NCBI GenBank assembly: GCA_049293675.1
Contig: JBAQBR010000001.1
Span: forward strand, 174,915-206,914
Reading direction: 5' to 3'
Length of the DNA: 32,000 nucleotides
Source of the DNA: Patescibacteria group bacterium
GTDB taxonomy: Bacteria > Patescibacteriota > Gracilibacteria > BD1-5 > UBA2023
Positions 1 to 9,241 of this stretch are shown one piece after another (within the stretch, counting starts at the first letter, position 1; every line of letters starts with the position of its first letter). The translations under genes and the position numbers were made by a program. The notes under the pieces are model-generated. The model was not told where the DNA came from. It was given only the letters and a program-made list of their open reading frames with translations, and did no database searches.

Positions 1-446
1 ACGAGATATATGAGACTATTGGAACCCTTGTCGTAGAACCTGACGATACGGAGTTTTTTAAAAAAGAAACTGGATGACTCATTCCATATCTCCTCAACTT
101 CTGCAATCGGCTTCACGAATGTTATCTTGCCTATCTGCCTACATGCGACAGATGCATCACTCGTATCTTCGGCAAGTCCGAGTCCTCAAGCGATGCCACC
201 AGTCTTGGCGCGACTATAGAAACACGTAACACCAGACACCTTAGGATCCGGTACGCCTCCAACCTCTATCTTGTGATCTGGACCAATAAGCTTGAATGCT
301 GTATCCACAGTCCCTATCTCATATGGCTCTGTCATGCCTGTACCTTGTGAAGTCGCAGGTCTGACTTGGGTGACATTGTCCGCGATATCTCCGCTAAGAG
401 AACACGATGAGAGAAAAAGCACACTGAGAAGAAGAATTTTTTTCAT
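1..446 (-). CDS. creA: CreA-family exported lipoprotein (3-prime end runs off the window edge)
   Basis: ATG at 446-444. Signal peptide with lipobox [15 protein letters not shown]. The frame is free of TAA/TAG down to base 3 once TGA (188-186) is read as Gly. The block [52 protein letters not shown] matches the conserved CreA-family core as I recall it, with the TGA on the conserved GG. Confidence 0.75.
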
Positions 447-504
447 AAAAATAGGTTAGGAATTGCGATCATTTTTGTTTTCAACTATTAACTATCCCTA
501 TCCA

Positions 505-990
505 CTATCTCTTCTTCCAATATTCTATAATAAACTCTTCTCTCTTGTCTGTATGCATAAGTTCAAAGTCTGATTCGAATGCAACAAAGAATGCATCAGC
601 ATCATCAACTACCATATTGACCCGTGAAAGGATAACCTCATCTATCTTCCCGAGGTTGAAGAATAGCTTATATATCTCTCCTCCTCAGCAAATAAATACT
701 TTTTCTACTCAGATTGAGAGTAGATACTTATCAAGTTCATGGGCAGAGTGCATCACTGTCATTCATTCCGCAGTAAATTCTCCACGAGTAAGGACGATGT
801 TTTCCCTTCCTGGAAGTGGCCGTCCGATAGATTCGTAGGTCTTACGTCCCATGATTATAGGACTTCAGGAAGTAGTCTCTTTGAAGTGCTTAAAATCCTC
901 GCTTATATGCCAGGGGATTTTTCAGTCCTTCCCTATTGCACGATTCTCAGACATTGCTGCGATAGCGATGTAGTGTGGTTGTTGATTCAT
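505..990 (-). CDS. folA: dihydrofolate reductase
   Basis: 161 aa, ATG 990-988, TAG stop 507-505. [69 protein letters not shown] carries the DHFR signature. Four in-frame TGAs are read as Gly; the two in the quoted motif (e.g. 924-922) sit at Gly positions. Confidence 0.9.
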
Positions 991-1023
991 GAGGGGATTA
1001 TATTTTTTTGATTATCGAATGCA

Positions 1024-1057
1024 ATAAAAAAGCCCCACTTTAGTGAGGCATTTTTTT
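1024..1057 (-). terminator. rho-independent terminator after the MFS gene (looks bidirectional)
   Basis: Stem gccccac (1032-1038) / gtgaggc (1043-1049) with one G-U pair and loop ttta. It is flanked by an A-run and a T-run. Confidence 0.6.
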
Positions 1058-2288
1058 ATTTTTTGATTGCGAGTGAGACTCAGAATAACACGACGAATAT
1101 AGCAGTCGATGCAAGGAATGGCACATTGGTTCCAGGTGTGATATAGAGGAGTCATGCGAGTATCGGTCATGCAATCTGTCAGATACTCTGGATAGACGTA
1201 TTATAGCCCATGACTTTTCAGACTTCTTTTCCTGCGGTTTTCGCGAGGAGCGATCCAACTGCAGGATTGAACGAACCCATACCAAGAGGAAAGAATATCA
1301 CCCAAAAGAAAAGCCAGTATGGACTCTCATTGAACGAGAATCAAGCAAATCCAATGATAAGTACCACAAAGGCGAATGTAAGCATCTGGTATTCATCGAG
1401 ATACTTTCGTACATACTTCACGAGCCATGCCTGATAGATCACGGCCACGAGTCCCACCATCGCCATAGTATATCCTATCTGTACTGCTGAGAAGGAGAAT
1501 CTATCTGCATAGAACTGAGTCGACATGGCCTGTATCGCAGCGAATGCAAGGGTTGAACCAAAAGAGAGAAACAAAAGCGTCAAAACCATCCGAGAAAAGT
1601 GAAAGTCTACTATATGTACTTCTTCAGTATGGATATGCTTTTTTGGTTCTTGGAGGAATATATAGATAAGTATCACATTTAAGAGTATAACAAAGAATGT
1701 AATCATGATGATATCTCTCGAAGAGATAAAATTCGAGAGTACACCAGAGAGAGCAGGCCCGATGAGAAAAGCAATACCGAAAGCAGCGCCCATGAATCCC
1801 ATATTCTTCATCCGTTCTGTCGGACTCGATATATCTGCTATGTACGCCTGTATCACCGAAAATCCTGCACCCCCGAGTCATCCAACGAGACGAGCGAGGA
1901 GGAATATGAGAAAGAGTGGTGTCCATCATGCAAAAGCTGAGAGGAAGTGACTCCCTCCTATAATACCAACTTCAGAGTGGCTTATATTCCCACTCGTATT
2001 GATAGTGAGAGTCCAGATACTGATGAGCATGATAACATAACTCACGAGGTTGATGATGCTTGTAAAAGCGAGCATGCGCTTGCGGCCATACCTATCCGAG
2101 AGTCGTCAGAATATGAGTCCTCAGATGAACATACCTACTGCATAGACTGCTTGTGTATATCCAGTCCAAGATGGATCCACGGAAAACCCAGCAATAATAC
2201 TAGGAAGAAGCGGGATAAAAAGTGACATTCCTAAAATATCGAGAAATGCTGTTGCGAGAATGAGTGGGAGTTGAGATTTTTGCGTCAT
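1056..2288 (-). CDS. MFS transporter (DHA1/TetA-like)
   Basis: 410 aa, ATG 2288-2286, TAA stop 1058-1056. I checked triplet by triplet that only TGA interrupts the frame. MFS motif A GRLSDRYGRKRM is present, plus YIADISSPTERMKNMGFMGAAFGIAFLIGP and about 12 hydrophobic segments. Confidence 0.9.
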
Positions 2289-2387
2289 AGTGAGTCAGAG
2301 TATATCAATGCAGGACAAATAGGCAAGCAATAATCATAAACTCATCATTGGTTATTATCCAATAATACCCCGTAAGGTATATACTTT

Positions 2388-2432
2388 TTGTCACTATTTT
2401 GTCACTATTTTGTCACTATTTTGGTGTAATAT
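2388..2432 (+). promoter_or_regulatory. Promoter A: three perfect 11-bp direct repeats TTGTCACTATT (plus a degenerate fourth) abutting a -10 TAATAT
   Basis: TTGTCAC cores start at 2388, 2399 and 2410; a degenerate TTGGTGT starts at 2421. The -10 hexamer TAATAT is at 2427-2432, 17 nt after the start of the last perfect core. This geometry is identical to promoters B-D. It lies 31 nt upstream of the ATG at 2463. Confidence 0.7.
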
Positions 2433-2462
2433 TGAATAGTATTAACACTAACTATTCATACC

Positions 2463-3554
2463 ATGGAAATACATGACTTGGCAACCTCTCTCTGAGAAAA
2501 TACGACAAAGAAGGTCAATGAAGACTTAGATCGTCATCTTTTCTCATTTGAAGAATGAGATAATTTCTGAGAAATACTTGCAAGTAATCCAAGTGCATCG
2601 TTTAGCTTGAAGTCAATTAATGTAGCAATACATAATATACTGTGATCAAGATTATGTGTATGAGAATTTTTTAATGATAGATACTGAACTATATACTCAA
2701 CATGAGAATTTTCCTTAGCAAGAGAACTACTACAGATTGAGAGATTACAGGTAAAAGAATTACTCAATAAGGAGTGAAGACTCTCAGAGGGTTTTGTGGA
2801 AGCATCTATTGATAGAATTCAAAAAAAAGTCCAATCACTTCATATAGAAGAGTTACAAAAAAGATATAATCGAATGTTATATTCTCCAGACTGAATAGAT
2901 ACTCTTGGGGATGGAAAGGACTGTTTTTGAGATATATGAAGATTTAGACTACCAACACCTATAGAAAAATGTATAGGAACCCCATGAAGCAAAGAAACAA
3001 TAATATGACCAGGAAGAAGTGCACAACTAGTGATATCAACAGAAAAATGAACCAACAACATTGCATGAGTATGTATGACTTACAAAACAAACAACCTAGA
3101 AGAAGCTTTTAATAATGAGCTAAGTGCACACTACGCTTGAAGGTATTGATACATAAAAAGAGCCATGGAGGAAATATACGATGACATGAATGAGAAGTGA
3201 ATTATGGTCTTTCCTGTTATCTGAATGCTCCCAAAATACGCATCTCTCCGTAGTATGATGAGGATGATGCGAGATTGGGCAAAGGAACTTATAAGTGATG
3301 ATTTTGCAATGATTCCAGGAATTGCAGAGATGGATATGACCAACAATTTTTTCGATCTCTGTTCTCGACAGTTATCAGTCACACCTCTAAAACTCCTCGA
3401 CCATAGAGGAGACCCAATATCAGCTATAAATAAAAGACTTGACTATTGTAGTAGTGTGGTTACCTTTAGGGCAATAGCTGCAATTGAAAAGGCAAGACAA
3501 TGAATCAGTTCGGTTATTCCTAGAAAATCTTTTAACTTACGAGAAAATGAATAA
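2463..3554 (+). CDS. hypothetical protein, translationally coupled to the downstream histidine kinase
   Basis: 363 codons with no TAA/TAG in an AT-rich region (checked codon by codon) and about 20 in-frame TGAs. The stop TAA at 3552-3554 overlaps the kinase ATG at 3547 (ATGAATAA). No signal peptide, TM segment or recognisable motif. Confidence 0.75.
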
Positions 3555-5658
3555 CTATATATTCTTTTACTTTATTGCAACAGCACTCTCAGTATATGGA
3601 TGAATCTGAGTATATAGAAAGTATACCAACCTATGAGGGTTATTCTTTTTACTATACACAATACTTGCATCACTATGGTTAATTTTTTATTTTTTATTTT
3701 TTTCAGATTATCCATTTACAGAAGACCGAAGACTGCTTTTTTCCAGGATAGACTATTGACTCTCGCCTATTACTCTGATATGTTTTGTATTATTTATATA
3801 TTTTTTCTGAAAAAAAGAGGCATGAGATAAAATCTGAATGCAGATAAAAGAAAACGCCATACTTATGGGAACTCTGTTAATCTCATTTGGTATAATATTT
3901 TATGTATCTGTTTTTACGGATAACATCATCTACCAGATAGCGCTCGATAAAACCTGAGTATATAGAGAAATATTCTGAGAACTAACATGGCTCAGCACAT
4001 CAGTATATATTAGCTTCATTCCTATATCCTTTTTGTTCTTTCTTAAAAAACAAAGAGACTTAAGCTATATCGACAAGATAAGAATACTAAAAATAATATG
4101 GGTGAAGCTTATATTTCTTACTTTACTCATAGTACTTCAAGTTATCCTTCCTCTATATGGAATATGGATACTTGAACATGAGATTATTATATTATTTGTC
4201 ATTTCTGTTCTTGTAATAGCAAGCATTATTCAGAGATATTACTTTTCACCAATTTGATATGAGCTTAGTAGGCTTGCATTGATAATAATAGCACTTGTTA
4301 TTATATCATTTATAATATGGGGAGTTCTTCACAACTACGCTATACCCCCCGAAATACTCACAAATAACTTCTCATCATTTGTATTTATTCTTGCATATGC
4401 AAGTCTTGTGTTATGAGTATACCACATAATTGCGGCAATCTTTGATAGATATATCCTCTCAAAGACTCAAATGCATATAGTAGCATGAAAAATGAAAACG
4501 ATAAAAAGAAATATGGTGCAATTTTTGGATATCAAGTTGTTGAATAGATACCTTAGAACAGAACTAAGTAAAATATTTCAAACCAAAGAGATTGAGCTCA
4601 TTAGAATCACTGATTCAAAACAAATTGAATTCTTGTCGGATTCATTTTGAAGAATAAAAAGAAAAGTACTGATTGATGATTTCGTTTTTATGGAGGAAAA
4701 TATGATTCAGTTTGATTTTAAGAAAATAAACTCAAAACTCATTGATCCCTTTCTCTGTATACCCATCTATTACAACTCTAAGGAAATAAAGTGACTCCTC
4801 GTATTAGGAAAAAAGAAGTTCTGAAACTTCTACACTGTCTCTGAAATAGCCTTCGTAGAGGATCTAGCCCACATACTCTCTATACATATGCAGTATATAG
4901 AAGTATATAACCAACTCGAAGACATCTCTCGCAATCTCGACCGAAAAGTTGATGAGAAAACTATTGAATATAATACCCTCATCTCACGACAAAAAGAATT
5001 CATAGCGACTCTCTCTCATGAGATCAAAGCTCCTCTCACCAGTGCCCTGCTCCAGATAGATAATCTCTCTGTAGATATAGAAGAAAAAAGATTATCAGAA
5101 ACAGGTGTTCAAGAAGAAGTGGTATCTATCTGAGAAAATCTTGTTCATACAAAAACTCTACTCTCCCAGTTATTCACAACGGAGTATCTCGAGAAAAGTC
5201 AGGCAGTACTCTATCCCGAAAGGATAAATATCGTGGAATTTATTACCTCACAGTACAATATCCAGAAAAAAGTAAATCTTCATTGTATTTATACTGAAGT
5301 AATTCCAGAAAATAATATCTACGTAGGTCTTGATAAGACACAGTTTACACAAGTACTCACCAATCTCTTCTGAAATGCTGCAAAGTTTGCTGATTCCAAA
5401 AACCCTAAAATCCACTTAGAGATAGAGCAGGATGAGTCAGGTATACTAATTGGTATCGAAGACAACTGACCTGGACTCAACGGTATCGAACTAGATGAGA
5501 TATTCGAGAAGTATACAATAGGCAAGAATTCTATAGGTCTCGGAATAGGACTCTATCTCTGTAAGAGGATTATTGAGCTTCACGGTGGAACAATTGCTGC
5601 AAAAAAATGAAAAAAGCTGTCCTGAATAAGAATAGAGATACACATTCCAATCGAGTAA
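3547..5658 (+). CDS. sensor histidine kinase, about 9 TM segments, cytoplasmic GAF-like linker, HisKA and HATPase_c
   Basis: 703 aa. H-box EFIATLSHEIKAPLTS, N-box QVLTNLF-G-NAAKFA, G1 box IEDN-G-PGL (TGA 5467-5469 on the invariant Gly), G2 box GLGIGLYLCKRIIELHGGTI. The N-terminal 300 aa are highly hydrophobic. In frame with track ORFs 4033..4257 and 4888..5133. Confidence 0.9.
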
Positions 5659-5775
5659 ACTCAACTTCCTGAGCAAAGATACTGTACAAAGATAAAAAAA
5701 TGTGAAAAATATTGTAAAAAAACTTTTGTATTTTTTATACCAAATCAAGGATTCCTATATCTGGAAAGGATTTCT

Positions 5776-5820
5776 TTGTTTTAAATTTGTAACAAATTTG
5801 TCACTATTATGTGGTATACT
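5776..5820 (+). promoter_or_regulatory. Promoter B: 11-bp-phased repeats TTGTTTT / TTGTAAC / TTGTCAC plus extended -10 TGgTATACT
   Basis: Cores start at 5776, 5787 and 5798. The -10 TATACT is at 5815-5820, 17 nt after the last core start. It lies 31 nt upstream of the ATG at 5851. Confidence 0.7.
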
Positions 5821-5850
5821 GTAGTCAATAACATGTAAACACAACTTAAT

Positions 5851-6153
5851 ATGTCTCCTCTTGCGCTCGCCCCATCTTCTGAGTCATCCTCACTTTCACA
5901 TACATCTCTACGCAACTCACTCCCTGTATGAGCTGTACGCGTAATTAGCGCCACAGCGGAAGCGATTAATCAGAGTATGTATGAAACACCTAGGGCAGTT
6001 CGTACTAATGATGTTGAAGCTTTTAAGATAAAGCCTTGAACTCGATATGTGGACTGACTGGAACTTGTGGCCCAGAGGATTATCGCTGATATGCAACTTG
6101 GAAAATCTGTGCCATTGCTTCAGGAACTTGCGCGTAGTCATCTTCCAAACTAA
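5851..6153 (+). CDS. hypothetical small protein (100 aa)
   Basis: ATG 5851, double stop TAATAA at 6151. Three in-frame TGAs and no TAA/TAG. It is bracketed by promoter B and a strong terminator. The opposite-strand track ORF (5917..6141) has a non-protein-like composition. Confidence 0.65.
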
Positions 6154-6182
6154 TAAAAAAACAGCTTTTTTTTAAGAAATCA

Positions 6183-6213
6183 ATGGTTTCCTTTACTGGA
6201 AGCCATTTTTTAT
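6183..6213 (+). terminator. rho-independent terminator (copy 1 of a duplicated terminator-promoter cassette)
   Basis: Stem atggtttcc (6183-6191) / ggaagccat (6198-6206) with one G-U pair, loop tttact, then a T6 run. Confidence 0.75.
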
Positions 6214-6221
6214 TATGTACT

Positions 6222-6255
6222 CTGTAACAGATTTGTCACTATTTTTATATAGTAT
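6222..6255 (+). promoter_or_regulatory. Promoter C: cTGTAAC / TTGTCAC repeats plus -10 TAGTAT
   Basis: Cores start at 6222 and 6233. The -10 TAGTAT is at 6250-6255, 17 nt after the last core start. It lies 36 nt upstream of the ATG at 6291. Confidence 0.7.
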
Positions 6256-6290
6256 ATATCTTATAGATAGATCATTAATGATTTAATTTT

Positions 6291-7799
6291 ATGCGGTCAA
6301 CAGCAGAATATATCCAATATGTGGCACCAAGTCCACAAAAAACAAGTGATCTGAGAGAAAGGTCTGCTCTAGAGGAAATAAAGATATATAGATGACGCGC
6401 TACCACAACACTAGATGTATCTAATATATCTACCAATTCATGAGTAGGCACTGGCCAACGAGCTGCACTATTCGAAGATAATGTTATTGATAATACAGAG
6501 GAGGTAAAATGAGCTTGAGCTATCCTAGCTCGGAGAACCTTCGATGAACTCATGTGAAGATTATGAGTTGCATGACGACATATACGAAAATGAAGAGCAG
6601 CAAATGTGGAAATATTTCCAGAACACCTAGAGAGTGAATACATCGTCCCTACAATCATGCAGGAGACAACAAAGGAGGAAAAATATGCAAAAAACCTAAC
6701 TCTCGAGGTAGTATCAGAGAAGTCTACAATCACAAGTATAGTTGACCCAACGAGTGAGAGAAATATAGAGTCAATACACAAGTTATGAGTAGGATTTGGT
6801 ATAGATCCTTTTTATGTGAATAAGGATTGAGAAATTGTTCCAAATAATATGTTCAAGTTCATGTGTGGAACACTCAAAATAATGCCAAGATTTATCAAGA
6901 TTGAACATGCAATATACGATACAATAATACGGAGTAATGATGCCATATACTGAAAGTTTCGAAAATACTTAGATTATATCAGTAAGCAATGAGCAGAGAT
7001 AATTATATATAACTGAATAAAGCAAAATATATTAATAAAGCAGGATACTCCTCAAAGGACAGAGGATATATTAGGGTTAATTGATAGTGCTTACGTTACC
7101 GAAAAGCCATTCATCAAAACAAATGGAGAAATTGCTGCAAATGAGTTATCAATACGATTCAATTGAGAAATAGACAAGGCTACATGAATCCAGCAAATAA
7201 AAGATGCTTGATATACTTTTATGCTCCTTGAAAAAATACTCAAAAAAGCAATTGAACGAGCAGAAGCATGAAAAAAGACATCATTAAGTGTATATATCAA
7301 AGATGTTAATAATCTACAATTAATGCCCGTAGTCTGGAAGGCTATCAAGCATCTTCCAACTACAACAAGAAACCGAATTTGTATATGGATTAATGGGGAT
7401 AACTACGGCGAATTAGACAGCGTATTTTTCAACCAATTAGAGCTCTTGAAGAAGAGCTGACTACACGTCGGTATCGATAATCTAGGACATATAGAGAGTA
7501 CGGCATTGTTAGGTAAAAAAATACTGGATTGATGTATGGATCCTAATAAGGAAATATCTATCAATATGGTAAGGATACACAGAAGAGTTACAGAAGGTAT
7601 TATTGCGTGAAAACTCAGTGATAATGACTTAAGAAATCTGGATAATAGTCTGGCTATGTTAAAGAATCAGTCATGAGAAAAAATTACAGTTGTATTTGGC
7701 TGAATCAAGGGAACGATGGATATTGATAAGATTGCATTGCGCATGGTGGCGTTGGGAAAATCGAAAAAAGAAGTATTGTATCAATGAGAAAAAATATAG
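6291..7799 (+). CDS. hypothetical protein (502 aa) with a C-terminal degenerate EAL-like domain
   Basis: 503 codons checked individually: about 23 TGAs, no TAA/TAG, TAG stop at 7797-7799. The C-terminal 230 aa can be laid on the EAL-domain pattern: KPFIKTNGEIAANELSIRF (QPI..G.i.g.EaL.R), SLSVYIKDV (vNls), RICIWING (lEitE), GLHVGIDNLG (iAlDDFG), KITVVFGGIKG (vvAEGVE), LYQG (QGy). Most catalytic acidic residues are replaced. Confidence 0.75.
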
Positions 7800-8051
7800 T
7801 AAGTATGCGTACGGTATTAGTTCAATTGAAATAATTTATAATACTAAGTATGCTCCTTCATGATAAATAAATAATTTCACTAGAATACTATCATTGCGAA
7901 AAGGTGAAAAGAACTACCATAAATCAAGATAAAAATAATTGTTTCTATTATGACGGATATAGATTATAAATACATATAGTATACAATTAATCAATTTTTT
8001 TAATTCCATAGAAAATCTATTAAAAACTTTTATATATTCTTACGCATACGT

Positions 8052-8082
8052 ATGCTTTCCTTTACTGGAAGCCATTTTTTAT
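8052..8082 (+). terminator. rho-independent terminator (copy 2 of the duplicated cassette)
   Basis: Stem atgctttcc (8052-8060) / ggaagccat (8067-8075) with one mismatch and one G-U pair. Same tttact loop and T6 run as copy 1. Confidence 0.65.
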
Positions 8083-8090
8083 TATGTATT

Positions 8091-8124
8091 TTGTAACAGA
8101 TTTGTCACTAATCAATTGTATAAT
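8091..8124 (+). promoter_or_regulatory. Promoter D: TTGTAAC / TTGTCAC repeats plus -10 TATAAT
   Basis: Cores start at 8091 and 8102. The -10 TATAAT is at 8119-8124, 17 nt after the last core start. It lies 27 nt upstream of the ATG at 8151. Confidence 0.7.
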
Positions 8125-8150
8125 GTATTTATTAGTTCTTAATATATTAT

Positions 8151-8408
8151 ATGCAATCATTACAAATACATATAAAACCAACGGAAGACACATTATACAA
8201 AAGATTGATCCAACATAGCTTAGGATGAGTTGATTATTACCCGGAGATACGAGCACGTTGATTGGTGGAGGAAACTCTAAAAAAAATAGCCTCAATAGAA
8301 AGACTTCAAGAACAACATGAAGCAGAGGATAATAAAGAACTTTTAGACCTTCTAAAAAGATTGATGCCAGAAAAACTTAAACACTTCTGAAAAGAAAAGG
8401 ATCTATAA
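8151..8408 (+). CDS. hypothetical small protein (85 aa, predicted helical, charged)
   Basis: ATG 8151, TAA stop at 8406-8408, 3 in-frame TGAs. It lies directly downstream of promoter D and upstream of the response-regulator gene. A competing antisense track ORF (8062..8295) would run through the promoter. Confidence 0.55.
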
Positions 8409-8429
8409 TAAAGAGTGTCCTATGTAAAT

Positions 8430-8458
8430 TTGCAAATTTTCTCAATTTATTGTATTAT
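8430..8458 (+). promoter_or_regulatory. sigma70-like promoter for the response-regulator gene
   Basis: TTGCAA (8430-8435), 17-nt spacer, TATTAT (8453-8458), with TG immediately upstream of the hexamer. Confidence 0.45.
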
Positions 8459-8491
8459 CTATATATCTTCCCTTACCGTTGCTAGGAAATC

Positions 8492-9241
8492 ATGAACATC
8501 CTCCTTATCGAAGACAACAATCAGTTTGCAGAACACCTCTCCAACACACTCTTAAAAAATACATATGTTAATAGAGTAGAGAGGATTTCATCGTATGCAG
8601 AATTCGAAGAACTTGTAGGACATATGAGATCTTTTGACATCGTACTCGTGGATCTCGTACTTGAGTGAGATACTATACGCAACCCATCTGGATTCAAGAT
8701 TATCCAGAGTCTCCGTAAGAACTGAAGTTCAGTACCAATTATTGTTATCAGTTCAAGTGATACTATCAACGATATCGAATATTCTTTTTCTCTTGGGGCC
8801 ACAGACTACATGGGCAAGGATATCCGATATAGAGAACTAGAGATAAGGTTATTCCACTGGTACCGTGAATATTGCATGGGCAGCATAAGCAAAAAACGAT
8901 GAGCCCTCTCATACCATGGACTTGAGTATTCACAATCAAAAAACGAATACCTATATGCATGAAAGGTTATCAACTTCACAAAAACAGCAAAATATCTACT
9001 TTCATTGTTCTTCAATGAGCGAGAAAAACTCCTCACGGATGAGTATATCATAGAGAAAGTATGGTGATACAACGAAGAACTCGATATGAAAAATACTCTG
9101 CGCGTCAATATCCGTAGACTCCGTGGAACACTCGAAGAGAGTGGCATCTCTCACTGGCTTCAGAATGACTGGTGAGAAGGATATATTTTCAAGTATAGGA
9201 CTCTAGAAGAGATGGAGGGAGGAGAGAAAAAAGAGGATTAA
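8492..9241 (+). CDS. OmpR/PhoB-family response regulator (receiver plus winged-helix DNA-binding domain)
   Basis: 249 aa. Receiver domain MNILLIEDN...DIVLVDLVLE. Winged helix EKVW-G-YNEE..NTLRVNIRRLRGTLEE...DW-G-EGYIFK, with TGAs at conserved Gly positions (e.g. 9173-9175). TAA stop at 9239-9241. Confidence 0.9.

Noticed and set aside
2388-2431. The tandem 11-bp repeat as a CRISPR array or simple microsatellite.
   Set aside because: There are only 3-4 units with no spacers. The same core recurs as phased pairs at three other promoters at a fixed distance from a -10, so it fits a regulator-binding site.
7803-8049. The 9-bp inverted repeats as the ends of a MITE or insertion element.
   Set aside because: The arms are too short to exclude chance in AT-rich DNA. 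No target-site duplication or second copy was seen in the window.
8062-8295. Minus-strand 77-aa hydrophobic ORF as the real gene instead of plus-strand 8151..8408.
   Set aside because: It would run through promoter D and the repeat boxes and has no promoter or terminator of its own. The plus-strand ORF fits the promoter orientation. I could not exclude it completely.
2290-9241. The two-component island as a known defence or toxin-antitoxin system.
   Set aside because: I found no nuclease, ATPase, methylase, reverse-transcriptase or toxin motifs. The only recognisable domains are signalling domains (HisKA/HATPase, receiver/wHTH, EAL-like).
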